From contig JBBSGK010000006.1 in NCBI GenBank assembly GCA_038254115.1, positions 1-54,353 of the forward strand: a DNA stretch of 54,353 nt. The letters are read 5' to 3'. The DNA comes from Candidatus Levyibacteriota bacterium (lineage in GTDB: Bacteria > Patescibacteriota > Microgenomatia > Levybacterales > UBA12049). Of this stretch, positions 1-10,034 are shown piece by piece. The translations under genes and the position numbers were made by a program. The notes below the pieces were generated by a model. It was not told where the DNA came from, ran no database searches, and worked only from the letters and a program-made list of their open reading frames with translations. Position 1 is the stretch's first letter. Each line of letters opens with the position of its first letter.

Positions 1-1
1 C

Positions 2-1018
2 GCAAAGAGCTTAGTTGCTCATGGCAAAGGTATACTAGCGGCCGATGAAAGCGCGCCGACCTGCAAGAAACGCTTTGACAGTGTAGGAGTTGAGTGCACC
101 GAGGAAACACGCCATGAATACCGGGAATTACTTTTTACATCCCCCGGTGCCTCGGATTTCATGAGCGGTGTCATCTTTTATGATGAAACTTTTTGGCAGT
201 CAAGCGGAGAAGCAACTTTTCCCGAATATCTCAAGACAAACGGCATCGTCCCCGGAATCAAAGTAGACAAAGGGTTAATTGATTTACCTGGATTTCCCGC
301 TGAAAAATTGACACAGGGATTGGATGGACTACCCGAACTGATGACCAAATACGCAGAGAGCGGTGCCAAATTTGCCAAATGGAGATCTGTCATAACAATT
401 GGTGACGGTATTCCAACTGATGAGTGCATAAAAGCCAATTCTTTTGTACTCGCCCGCTACGCTAGAGTCTGCCAGGATGCAGGAATCGTACCGATTGTCG
501 AGCCTGAAGTATTGTATGACGGAACACACAGTATAGAAAAAAGTGAAGAGGTGATAACGCGCACTTATGATGTTCTTTTCAAATCCCTTCAGGAGTTAAG
601 AGTATTTATGCCCGGGGCGATTCTCAAAACAAGTATGGTCTTGCCGGGTAAAGGATCAGGTGTGACCATGGATCACGATAACGTTGCAGGCAGAACCGTA
701 AAAGCGCTGCATGAACATGTTCCTCAAGATCTAGGTGGTGTAGTATTCCTAAGTGGTGGTCAGACAAGTAACGATGCTTTTATAAATCTCAATAGGATTG
801 CCAAAAAAGGTCCTCACCCATGGGGAGTGACTTTCTCCTACTCACGCGCTCTACAGGACCCGGTTCTGAAATTGTGGGCCAAGGATAGGACAGCCAAAAA
901 AGAAATCCAGGATCTTTTTCATCATCAATTGGAGCTCGTTAGCGCGGCAAGTCTTGGAGAATTGGATGAAGCACAATTAAGTAATGACAGCTTTGTCACC
1001 AAATCCCAAGACCTCTAA
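2..1018 (+). CDS. Fructose-bisphosphate aldolase class I (5'-truncated by window edge)
   Basis: Frame is open from position 2 (AKSLVAHGKGILAADES). Motifs GIKVDKG, FAKWRSV, VPIVEPEV, FLSGGQ, TFSYSRAL. Confidence 0.95.
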   Translation, partial: AKSLVAHGKGILAADESAPTCKKRFDSVGVECTEETRHEYRELLFTSPGASDFMSGVIFYDETFWQSSGEATFPEYLKTNGIVPGIKVDKGLIDLPGFPAEKLTQGLDGLPELMTKYAESGAKFAKWRSVITIGDGIPTDECIKANSFVLARYARVCQDAGIVPIVEPEVLYDGTHSIEKSEEVITRTYDVLFKSLQELRVFMPGAILKTSMVLPGKGSGVTMDHDNVAGRTVKALHEHVPQDLGGVVFLSGGQTSNDAFINLNRIAKKGPHPWGVTFSYSRALQDPVLKLWAKDRTAKKEIQDLFHHQLELVSAASLGELDEAQLSNDSFVTKSQDL

Positions 1019-1020
1019 AG

Positions 1021-1056
1021 AATAAACAAATACTACCAATAACCCAATAAGCAAAT
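1021..1056 (+). repeat. Degenerate 8-mer tandem array (AATAAxCx), left arm flanking the four-helix-bundle gene
   Basis: aataaaca aatactacc aataaccc aataagca aat; approximate reverse complement of 1442-1489. Confidence 0.75.
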
Positions 1057-1083
1057 CGATTTCCAATCTTCAAGAAATACTTA

Positions 1084-1443
1084 TTATCTTTTTGAATTCA
1101 AAATAATAGTGCTCACAATTTTCACGATTTCTTTCCCCTCCTGCATCAAAGGCTGCATTCTAATTTTAAATAAAGGATTGGTATCTGAAATTATTCTTAA
1201 CCAATAACTAGTTTCCTTGCCTTCTTTGCGGACAATTGCGTATTTAGCAATAAAATCTTTTCTACTGTCAGTTCCATCAGCTTCCTGATCATTTGCACCC
1301 ATTGAGGTAGCTGATTTTGTAATTTGGGTTATTAGGATAATATTTTCCGGATTTCTTGGAAGCTGTTTAACCAGATTTAGAACACGAATTACGAACTGAT
1401 AAATTCTTTCATGAATATCTTTTATCTTTTCTTCATTTTGCAT
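1084..1443 (-). CDS. Four helix bundle protein (23S rRNA IVS / S23-like family)
   Basis: 119 aa with QITKSATSMGAN, EA..SRKDFIAK, KEGKETSYWL pattern. Confidence 0.9.
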   Translation of the reverse strand: MQNEEKIKDIHERIYQFVIRVLNLVKQLPRNPENIILITQITKSATSMGANDQEADGTDSRKDFIAKYAIVRKEGKETSYWLRIISDTNPLFKIRMQPLMQEGKEIVKIVSTIILNSKR

Positions 1444-1489
1444 TGGGTTATTGATTGGTAGTATTGGTTTATTGGGTTATTTGTTTATT
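1442..1489 (-). repeat. Degenerate 8-mer tandem array, right arm (inverted relative to 1021-1056)
   Basis: Reverse complement reads aataaacaaataacccaataaaccaatactaccaatcaataacccaat. Confidence 0.75.
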
Positions 1490-2465
1490 AAGAAAGTTTA
1501 CTTTCCATTTCTTCTTTCTTCAAAAGTCCTGCTTCTGCACCGATCTCACCAATTACTGATGCTGCGTTAATAGCTCCCCACTTCATTGCATTTTCCGGAC
1601 TCTCATTCTGAATTACCGCTGCCAAAAACCCTGTTGCGTAGGCATCCCCCGCCCCGGTCCGCTCGACATTTTTTCCGGGATAAATATCTCTTTCATAAAA
1701 TTCCCCGGCTGAATCAAGCAAGTAAGATCCGTGCTTACCATTTGTAATAACTACAAGTTTTGGTCCCAATTTTTGAAGCTCAATACATAAATTGTTTATA
1801 TAATGCTCTGAATTATCTATTTTTTTGCTGTAATGATTATGAAGAATAAGCTCCCCCTCCTCTTTATTTATGAACAATATATCTGTTACCTGAAGAACCT
1901 TATGAATTATTTCCTTGCCTTCTTTAAGCTGCCTGTTTCCCGGATTAAAAACTATTTTACTGCCATGTTTCATGCCAAATGCCAATGCATGCTCGTATGG
2001 AGTTATCCACTCCTCTCCCATGCTTGTGAGATAAATATACTTTGCCGCTACATCATCAAAATCAAAATTATGCTCTCTTTTGAGATCTTCGTTAAAAATA
2101 GTCCTGTCTCCTTTGAAATTTATAATTACTGAAAAATTTGATTGCCTGCCTTTTCCCTGTGTTACCAGAACCCGCTCCACATTCTCACGGGCCAGATAAT
2201 TACGCATCTTAATTGAAAATTCATCATCCCCTATCTCACACGCAAGAGTCGCGTTGAGACCCAGCCTAGTCAATCCGACTGCTACGTTGGCAGCGTTTCC
2301 ACCCATCTGGAAGTCATATTTCTCAACATTTATTTTTTCACCGTGTTTGAAGCATAGTTTTCCGGTTTCAGAATCAAGGCTTACTTTTTCCGAGCTGTCA
2401 TGAATAGTCATGAAAGCATCAATCGTTGCTTCCCCTATTGTAATGACATCATAAATTCTGGGCAT
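1488..2465 (-). CDS. PfkB/ribokinase family carbohydrate kinase
   Basis: GGNAANVAVGLTRLG and TGAGDAYATG signatures. Confidence 0.93.
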   Translation of the reverse strand: MPRIYDVITIGEATIDAFMTIHDSSEKVSLDSETGKLCFKHGEKINVEKYDFQMGGNAANVAVGLTRLGLNATLACEIGDDEFSIKMRNYLARENVERVLVTQGKGRQSNFSVIINFKGDRTIFNEDLKREHNFDFDDVAAKYIYLTSMGEEWITPYEHALAFGMKHGSKIVFNPGNRQLKEGKEIIHKVLQVTDILFINKEEGELILHNHYSKKIDNSEHYINNLCIELQKLGPKLVVITNGKHGSYLLDSAGEFYERDIYPGKNVERTGAGDAYATGFLAAVIQNESPENAMKWGAINAASVIGEIGAEAGLLKKEEMESKLS

Positions 2466-2567
2466 ACATCAAGATTACAGCATTTTATTAATGGGACGCA
2501 AGCAGGAATCTAATAATAATGCTGCGAAAATTGTAAATTAACCAATAAAAATTTATAATGGTTAGAC

Positions 2568-3782
2568 ATGAAAAAGATCTTGACGCTTTTGGTAATACTG
2601 ATAACAATTTTTCTTGTCGGGAGTTGGTTTTATTTTGCCAACACTTATCAGATATCATCTCCCAGCAAATCCTCAGGATATTTCCTTGAGCATTTATTCC
2701 GTCCTCATGCAAAAATGAAGAAAGAGACGATCGGATTTTTGCCCTATTGGCGGATTGATGACAGCAAGTACACAAGACTTGACCTTGTAACTGAAGTGAA
2801 TTATTTTGGGCTTTTTGTGAATGGCGACGGTGAATTTGTAAAGGTTGTCAATGGTGAGACCAATCCCGGTCGGCGTGAGTGGGAAAGTGAAAAAATCAAA
2901 GATCTTATTACCAAGACACACATATTTGGATCAAAGTTCACGCTCTCAATTATCTGTCAAGATAACGATGATATCGAATCAATTCTAAGTGATGAAACAA
3001 TCCAGAAAAAACTTATCACAAACATAACAGATGAGGTCAAATCCCGTGACTTGGATGGGATAAATATCGACTTTGAATATCTTGGGGATGTTGATAAAAA
3101 ATTTCAGCCCAAATTCACTGTTTTCAGCAAAAATTTAAAAGAGGAATTGAGCAGGCAATCTCCAAATGCCAAACTTGAACTCAGTGTCATGCCCCGCTCC
3201 ATAAGAACTAAGGATATTTTTGATTTTACGAAGTTGGTTCCTTATTATAATAATTTCATCGGGATGTCATATGATTTCAGCGGGGGCTCCGCAACCAACG
3301 CTGGCCCCATCGCCCCTATGACGGGTTTTTCGGAGAATAAATATTTCTTCGACGTAACAACTATGTATGAGGACCTCGGCAAATACATACCAAAAGAAAA
3401 AACAATTATGGGTGTTCCCCACTACGGCTGGGATTGGACGGTTGAGGATGGAAAGAAAATTCTAAGCACCACCCTTCTACAAACAAATCCTGATAGTTAC
3501 GCAGCTGTCATGTCCTACGCGCGGGCAAAAGAAGAAAAGAATTTCAAGAAATCCCAGTGCTACTTTGATGATTATGCGATGGAACCCTGGTGCTGGTACA
3601 CGGACCCGAAAACCAAAATCGATCATCAGGTTTGGTTTGAAAACGCCAAATCAATTGGTATCAAATATGATTTTGCCAACAAAAAGGATTTGGGAGGAAT
3701 CGCAATCTGGGTCCTAGGATATGACAAAGATTACCCCGATTTGTGGAATTTGATGAAAGAAAAATTTTCTAAAAATCGATAG
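2568..3782 (+). CDS. Membrane-anchored glycoside hydrolase family 18 protein
   Basis: N-terminal TM segment; DGINIDFE (DxxDxDxE-like), MSYDF, GGIAIW. Confidence 0.88.
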   Translation: MKKILTLLVILITIFLVGSWFYFANTYQISSPSKSSGYFLEHLFRPHAKMKKETIGFLPYWRIDDSKYTRLDLVTEVNYFGLFVNGDGEFVKVVNGETNPGRREWESEKIKDLITKTHIFGSKFTLSIICQDNDDIESILSDETIQKKLITNITDEVKSRDLDGINIDFEYLGDVDKKFQPKFTVFSKNLKEELSRQSPNAKLELSVMPRSIRTKDIFDFTKLVPYYNNFIGMSYDFSGGSATNAGPIAPMTGFSENKYFFDVTTMYEDLGKYIPKEKTIMGVPHYGWDWTVEDGKKILSTTLLQTNPDSYAAVMSYARAKEEKNFKKSQCYFDDYAMEPWCWYTDPKTKIDHQVWFENAKSIGIKYDFANKKDLGGIAIWVLGYDKDYPDLWNLMKEKFSKNR

Positions 3783-6048
3783 GCTTTTCCAGGAGTTGGA
3801 CTTGAGGAGAAACTCTTGGAAAATTATGCTGTGAAACAACCTTCAGCGGTTTTTTTTCCAAAAGTTCATCCAGAAGATGAGCGACCCAGACATTATCATC
3901 TACCCTGTGCTGAGCAAGGGATGGAGACTGTCCTACCTTGATACTGTAGGCGCTGTCCGGCAACCCTCCAAATAGATCTTCATCAGTCCGTGCATCCCCT
4001 ATGGCCAAAATGAAATCATGCTTCTTTTTTTTAAGCCAATATTGAGCAGCTGCGCCTTTGTTGGCGCCTATATTTTTTATCTCAATAACTTTATTGTCAT
4101 GGATTGCCTCTGCATCGATGCTTGATAGAAAAGTTGTCAATTCATACATAATTTCTTTGGTGACAATGCCTGCTACTTCCTGTTCAACTTTTCTGTAATG
4201 CCACGCAACTGAATACTCCTTCTCTTCAATAAAAGACTTCGGGACACGGTTCACCCACTTTTGCAGAAGTGTTATGACAGAATCTTTCCAGGAATTGGAA
4301 AACTGACCAAACATCTCCCAATAGCGCCCCTCCCCGCTTTTCTTCCAAGTGCCATGCTCTGCAACAAGAGAAAGATGATCTATATCAAGCCATTTACTAA
4401 GAGTTTCTTTGTCACGTCCGCTGACAATAACAACTTCGTTTTTATAGTCTCCTGCCAGTGCCGATAACCGCTCCCTTACATGCTTTGACGGCTTTGCAAG
4501 CTCTGGTTTGTCTTGATATGGCACCAGAGTTCCATCATAGTCCAGGAAAATAAGCCTGTTTGAAGATTTTCTGTATGCGTCAATTATCTCATTCTTCACG
4601 TTTCGCGTCATAAAGGTAACTTTGCGCATTTTCTGTTCTTTTTTCACCTGAATTAGCGATTCATTTATGTCCGCTGCCCAATGATGTATATCATAATTTT
4701 CAAGATGACTTAGTATCCTCTTATTCCTCACAATCTGTTTACTATCAGAAATTGTGAGAGCTTTAAATATTGCATCCGCGATCTCATGAATATCAAAAGG
4801 GTTAATCAGAACCGCCTCACTCAATTCCTGGGCAGATCCTGCCATCTCGCTTAAAATTAAAACACCTGCTCCTCCCTCCTGACTGGCGATATATTCTTTC
4901 GCCACCAAATTCATCCCATCACGAAGAGGTGTAATAAGCGCAACATCACTTGCCTTATAGAAGGCAACCATTTCTTCGAATTTTAGTGACGTGAATTGAT
5001 AAATAATAGGCTGCCAGTTAACGCTTCCATAGGCGCCGTTTATTTTTCCAACCAGTTCATCAACCCTCCTTTTCATTGCTTGATATTGCTCAATATCGCT
5101 ACGGGACGGCTCAGAACTGACAATTAGGGAGACTTTGTTATGCCACTCGGGGTGCATAATTAAAAATTCTTCAAATCCCAATAAGCGGTTTTCTATACCT
5201 TTTGTATAATCAAGTCTATCAACCGAAAAAATTAGCTTTCTTTTCCCCAGAGTCTTTTTCAGACGGATTACTTCTTTTGCAACCCTCTGTGACTTACTCT
5301 CCTTTATATATTTTTCAACGTCAATTCCCATAGGAAATACGTCTGCTTTTACTATCCTGTCGTTCCAGGTAATAGTCCCCATGGTATTCTCAGCTTCAAG
5401 TATACGCTGGGCGCTTAACAGAAAATGCTGTCTATATTCATGGGTATGAAATCCTACCAGATCTGCCCCCAGCATTCCTTCCAGGAGGCCTACTCTCCAT
5501 TTTTGGGGAAGTATCCGGAATACATCAAGCGCAGGAAATGGAATATGAAGAAAAAAACTAATTGACAGTTTTGGATTGAATTCTCTCAGAAGCTTTGGCA
5601 GTAGCATAAGCTGATAATCTTGAATATGTATATTGTCACTCTCTCTCAAAAGCGGAGCAATTTGTTTGACAAAACTTTCATTTGCGCTGACATAGCTATC
5701 CCAATACTCAGGATCAGGCTGTACGAAATTGGTAAAATAATGAAACAACGGCCAGATTACTTTGTTACAAAATCCATTATAGTATCCCTCAGTTATTTTT
5801 GGGGTGAGAAAAACAGGAAATGCATTATGTTCCTTGAGGGTATTATTCCGCATCTTTTCCTGTTCCGATGGAGACACATAGATCCCCGGCCATCCAATCC
5901 ACAGATTTTCATGGGAAAGTTTTTTTACATGAGACCGCAAACCTGAGGCAACTCCACCATGATTAGGCGTGAATGAATATCCCTTCTCGTCCAGAGAAAC
6001 ACGAAGTGGGAATCTATTGGCAATATATACAGTCCGCATGGGGTTCAT
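3769..6048 (-). CDS. Bifunctional trehalose-6-phosphate synthase/phosphatase (GT20 + HAD)
   Basis: WIGWPG, FFLHIPFP, VDRLDYTKG, DGMNLVAKEY, followed by HAD FLDYDGTL and GDARTDED. Confidence 0.95.
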   Translation of the reverse strand: MNPMRTVYIANRFPLRVSLDEKGYSFTPNHGGVASGLRSHVKKLSHENLWIGWPGIYVSPSEQEKMRNNTLKEHNAFPVFLTPKITEGYYNGFCNKVIWPLFHYFTNFVQPDPEYWDSYVSANESFVKQIAPLLRESDNIHIQDYQLMLLPKLLREFNPKLSISFFLHIPFPALDVFRILPQKWRVGLLEGMLGADLVGFHTHEYRQHFLLSAQRILEAENTMGTITWNDRIVKADVFPMGIDVEKYIKESKSQRVAKEVIRLKKTLGKRKLIFSVDRLDYTKGIENRLLGFEEFLIMHPEWHNKVSLIVSSEPSRSDIEQYQAMKRRVDELVGKINGAYGSVNWQPIIYQFTSLKFEEMVAFYKASDVALITPLRDGMNLVAKEYIASQEGGAGVLILSEMAGSAQELSEAVLINPFDIHEIADAIFKALTISDSKQIVRNKRILSHLENYDIHHWAADINESLIQVKKEQKMRKVTFMTRNVKNEIIDAYRKSSNRLIFLDYDGTLVPYQDKPELAKPSKHVRERLSALAGDYKNEVVIVSGRDKETLSKWLDIDHLSLVAEHGTWKKSGEGRYWEMFGQFSNSWKDSVITLLQKWVNRVPKSFIEEKEYSVAWHYRKVEQEVAGIVTKEIMYELTTFLSSIDAEAIHDNKVIEIKNIGANKGAAAQYWLKKKKHDFILAIGDARTDEDLFGGLPDSAYSIKVGQSPSLAQHRVDDNVWVAHLLDELLEKKPLKVVSQHNFPRVSPQVQLLEKPIDF

Positions 6049-6356
6049 TACACCTTAACTGTGCAATAACCCATACTGTTTTGCGTAAGGATTATGTAAG
6101 TTTATACCCGCTTCAGATGTTTGACAAATGTATCAAACTATGATAATTTATTACATAGATCTTACAAATCTGCCCTATGTATCTACTCATTAATACAATC
6201 TACGCTAGAATCCCCAAAGAGAAAGGAGTTGATGTCTTACGTTAAGTTTAATTCTTTTAGTAATGGTTACAACATTCGTGTCCGTCCAAGTTAAAAAAAT
6301 AATGAAAATCAAAAAAGCTACCGTCCGTGTACAAAAATAATTATTGAATATTATTC

Positions 6357-6677
6357 TTAGGGTAGAGGGTTTATTTGCAGTTGGCTATTTAACTGATGCA
6401 TCAAACCAAGCGCAAAATAGACGGTTACAATCATAGAAACTACAGTCAAAAAGATGGCTACTCCCCCGATAATCTTTGCTTTACCATTTTTCTGAAGCAG
6501 GTATTTTATCCCCGGAACCAAACCTAAAGGTGGAAGCAGTAAGCTCAAAAGATAAACGCCGATTTGGTTGCCCGCAGATGTGGACAATGGTTTGGTCCGC
6601 AGACTTTTCCCGCAATTGGGACAAAAATAAAATACGGGAAGAACTGGAAGATTACATTTTGAGCAGATCGGATCCAT
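6357..6677 (-). CDS. Zinc-ribbon membrane protein
   Basis: CxxC...FCPNCG plus two hydrophobic helices. Confidence 0.75.
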   Translation of the reverse strand: MDPICSKCNLPVLPVFYFCPNCGKSLRTKPLSTSAGNQIGVYLLSLLLPPLGLVPGIKYLLQKNGKAKIIGGVAIFLTVVSMIVTVYFALGLMHQLNSQLQINPLP

Positions 6678-6706
6678 TTATATTATTGTAGCATGAAAAA
6701 ACTTAA

Positions 6707-7117
6707 CTATTTCTTTGGTTCAAAATTTAGGGACGAGGAATTTATGCAGTAATGCTGATTTGTTGGCGATGTTGAATCAGGAAAAAGATGACCTAGATGA
6801 CCACCACAAGTCTTACATACAACTTCAACTCTTCTCATGCCCAACGTATCATCATCTATTTGCTCAACAGCATCGCTACTTGCAACGTCCGAAAAACTCG
6901 GCCAGCCAATCAGACCTGGGATTGTTGATTCGTATTTGGTATCGCTTTTAAATAGCACGCTCCCGCATGCTGCACATGTATAATCACCTGTCTCCTCATT
7001 TTGCAGCAATTTGCCACTGCCAGGCGCCTCAGTCCCCTTCTCGCGTAAAGAATGGTATTGCTCAGGAGTCAATTTCTCTTTCCAATACTCCTCAGGTTTA
7101 TTTTTCATATCACTCAT
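6707..7117 (-). CDS. msrB: Peptide-methionine (R)-S-oxide reductase
   Basis: GWPSF, HLGHLF, HYCINS, two CxxC; start placed at ATG 7117, 6 nt after TGnTACAAT. Confidence 0.95.
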   Translation of the reverse strand: MSDMKNKPEEYWKEKLTPEQYHSLREKGTEAPGSGKLLQNEETGDYTCAACGSVLFKSDTKYESTIPGLIGWPSFSDVASSDAVEQIDDDTLGMRRVEVVCKTCGGHLGHLFPDSTSPTNQHYCINSSSLNFEPKK

Positions 7118-7160
7118 GCTCTGATTGTAGCACATTTTGTGCTAAAATATAAAGACATTT

Positions 7161-9362
7161 ATGTCAAAACGCATTGGGGTCCGCTGGACTGAATTTAAGC
7201 TAAAGCCTTTTCTGAAAAGCTTTTTCAAGAAACATAGACGCGCGGTTTTTTATGCAGGAATTACCCTTCTCATTTTAATCCTTCTAGTTCCCCCGCTCAC
7301 CTATCTCTACTTCGCAAGTGATTTGAAAGACAAGGAAAGCATCATGAACCGGGGCAAGACAGGGCTTACTCTTCAGACGAGGGATGGGAATCCTTTCTTC
7401 ACGTTTTATCAGCCAAAAGTGATACATTATGTGCCTATAACGGAAATTCCCGATTCCGTCCAAAAAGCTGTAATTGCCTCAGAGGACAAAAACTTTTATA
7501 CCAATCCAGGGTTTTCTCTGCGGGGTATTGCCAGGGCTTTTTTGGCCAATTTTTTTGCCCACCGGATTGTTGAGGGCGGATCAACTATCACTCAGGAGCT
7601 TGCCAAGAATGCATTCCTCAATTCCAAAAAGAGTTTTTTGAGAAAATATCAGGAAGTCGTATTGGCCGCTGAGTTGAACAGACGGTTCAGCAAGCAGGAT
7701 ATTTTGGAAATGTATCTTAACTCCGTTTATTTTGGTGAGGGAGCCTTTGGAATCGAGAATGCATCAGAGGCGTACTTTGGAAAACCGGCTAAAAATCTGA
7801 CGCTTTCAGAATCGGCTCTTCTGGTCGGCATACTTCCTGCTCCCTCAGCTTATTCTCCCCTGTCCAATGATGATACAAATGCAATACGGCGGCAAAAAAT
7901 TGTTTTATCGGAAATGGTAAAAGATAAATATATAACAACTGATGAAAGAAATAATGCTGCCGAGAAAAAACTTACCTACAACCCAGCCAAAAAAGATACA
8001 GGAAATACACTCGCTCCCCATTTTGCAATCTATATAAAAAACCAGCTTATTAAAAAATATGGGGAAGAACGTGTAATACGGGATGGGTTTCAGGTAAAAA
8101 CAACTCTAGATGCAGACAAGCAGGAATATGCACAAAAAATTGTAAAAAATCAGGTACTAAGGCTCAAATACAACGACGCTAGTAACGGAGCAGCAGTTGC
8201 CATTGATCCGAAAAATGGGGAGATTTTGGTAATGGTTGGGAGTTATGATTGGACTGATGAGAAGTTTGGAAAGACAAATATGACGACATCACCTAGGCAG
8301 CCGGGATCATCGTTCAAACCGCTAATTTATTCAGAAGCTTTGGAGGAAAAACTGATCACACCTGCTACGATTCTGGATGATAGTGCCAAGACGTTTGATG
8401 GAAATTACAAACCTCTTGATTATGACAAAAGATTTAGAGGACCTGTTACGGTGCGGAGGGCTCTTTCAAATTCATTGAACATTCCGGCAGTTGAAGTCAT
8501 GGAAAAAGTCGGCGTCCCCAAAGGGCTGGACCGCGCAAAAAGCATGGGGATTACAACTCTAAATAGAGACCCGTCAAATTATGGATTGTCTCTTGTTCTC
8601 GGAGCAGGTGAGGTCAAACTTCTGGAGCTGACAAATGCATATGCTGTATTTGCAAATAAAGGAACGCACAACGAGCCCAAATCTATTATTGAAATAAAAG
8701 ATAAATATGGAAAAAACGTTGACAATAATGGCGGCATATTTTCATTCTTAAACATATTTAATATTTTCAACCCCGGCTCGCAAAAAGTCCTATCGGAAGA
8801 AGCATCCTATCTAATTTCTTCAATTCTTTCAGACAATAAAGCGCGCTCGGAGGAATTTGGAGGACTGCTTACTATTTCACGGACTGCTGCTGTCAAAACA
8901 GGAACTACGAGCGATTTCCGTGACGCGCTTACTGTCGGATACACACCAAGTCTAGTCGTTGGTGTGTGGGTGGGCAACAATGATAATACACCTATGGACA
9001 ATGTCGCAGGATCCTTGGGAGCAGCCCCTATCTGGAGATCTCTTATGGATAATTTCCTACTGAATACACCCCTTGAAACTTTTCAAAAGCCGACATTTGT
9101 TGTGGCGCAGCCTGTATGTGTTTCGGGATTGCCAACTTACACAGAATACTTTATCGCAGGGACACAACCAAGCTCATGTGAGCTGCCAACTCCTACTCTT
9201 GAATTGACTCCGACATCTAATCCATCAGGTTCTCCGACTCCAACTCAATCTCCAACCGGAACACCTACACCAACTCCTACAACAGCTCCAACCCAAGCAC
9301 CGGCTGTAACCCAATCCCCTACCTCAATCCCAGTACCTACAGTACAAATTACAGGGCCATAA
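7161..9362 (+). CDS. Class A penicillin-binding protein (transglycosylase + transpeptidase) with Pro/Thr tail
   Basis: EDxxF, GGSTITQ, RKxxE, SSFK, SLN, KTG motifs. Confidence 0.95.
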   Translation: MSKRIGVRWTEFKLKPFLKSFFKKHRRAVFYAGITLLILILLVPPLTYLYFASDLKDKESIMNRGKTGLTLQTRDGNPFFTFYQPKVIHYVPITEIPDSVQKAVIASEDKNFYTNPGFSLRGIARAFLANFFAHRIVEGGSTITQELAKNAFLNSKKSFLRKYQEVVLAAELNRRFSKQDILEMYLNSVYFGEGAFGIENASEAYFGKPAKNLTLSESALLVGILPAPSAYSPLSNDDTNAIRRQKIVLSEMVKDKYITTDERNNAAEKKLTYNPAKKDTGNTLAPHFAIYIKNQLIKKYGEERVIRDGFQVKTTLDADKQEYAQKIVKNQVLRLKYNDASNGAAVAIDPKNGEILVMVGSYDWTDEKFGKTNMTTSPRQPGSSFKPLIYSEALEEKLITPATILDDSAKTFDGNYKPLDYDKRFRGPVTVRRALSNSLNIPAVEVMEKVGVPKGLDRAKSMGITTLNRDPSNYGLSLVLGAGEVKLLELTNAYAVFANKGTHNEPKSIIEIKDKYGKNVDNNGGIFSFLNIFNIFNPGSQKVLSEEASYLISSILSDNKARSEEFGGLLTISRTAAVKTGTTSDFRDALTVGYTPSLVVGVWVGNNDNTPMDNVAGSLGAAPIWRSLMDNFLLNTPLETFQKPTFVVAQPVCVSGLPTYTEYFIAGTQPSSCELPTPTLELTPTSNPSGSPTPTQSPTGTPTPTPTTAPTQAPAVTQSPTSIPVPTVQITGP

Positions 9363-9375
9363 GAACATTTTAATA

Positions 9376-9996
9376 TTAATTGTTAGAATTTCGATGCAGG
9401 GGCTTTCCAAAAATATCTAATGGAGTTTTGGGACTACTATTTCCTCTATCAGTGTTGCCTCTATCTTCACGAGGTACGGTCTTAAGAAAATGAACAACTG
9501 TTTCCTCCGACCTCAGTTCAATGGCCTCATCGGTTATATCTAAGGATGGCTGCCTGTTAACCAAATCACGGATAACAGAAAAAATTCCAGCCATAGCTGC
9601 GAGTAATTCTACCGGCCTATCCTCAGCAGTTTTAATAATATCCGGGGTAACTGTAAGCTCCGCCTGATCATCGGGTCCAGATCCAGGCCTAAAAAATAAG
9701 CCTTTGCCAGAATTTTCGTTCTCTGGACTTACCGACTTGTAGGTCACCTTTAATTGTTCGTTGAACATAGCTTCTCTTACCTCTTGACCTATTTCCCTGA
9801 TCTTTGAGTCTCCATTAGCTGTAAAATGATATAAACCAATTAGAAAAAATCTATTAGTATCTCTCAATATGCGGGGCTCTTCATTCACATCTGCATGGTT
9901 ATACCTTGCAGCAATATAGTGCCTATTCTTTATATGATCAAATACATTACGAGCTCTAGTTCTATAAAGAATGGGGTGAGTTCTTTCGGGGCTCAT
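9376..9996 (-). CDS. Hypothetical protein
   Basis: 206-aa ORF with TGnTATAAT upstream; no recognised motif. Confidence 0.7.
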   Translation of the reverse strand: MSPERTHPILYRTRARNVFDHIKNRHYIAARYNHADVNEEPRILRDTNRFFLIGLYHFTANGDSKIREIGQEVREAMFNEQLKVTYKSVSPENENSGKGLFFRPGSGPDDQAELTVTPDIIKTAEDRPVELLAAMAGIFSVIRDLVNRQPSLDITDEAIELRSEETVVHFLKTVPREDRGNTDRGNSSPKTPLDIFGKPLHRNSNN

Positions 9997-10034
9997 ACTA
10001 AACCAGATTATAACATATCTTACTTGAAACTCAT

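Noticed and set aside
1084-1443. Diversity-generating retroelement (Avd-like four-helix protein)
   Set aside because: No reverse transcriptase in the window. The folA and dut repeat pairs do not show adenine-only mismatches on one template strand.
9180-9350. DNA repeat in the PBP tail (also 43700-43900)
   Set aside because: Ordinary Pro/Thr-rich linker coding sequence.
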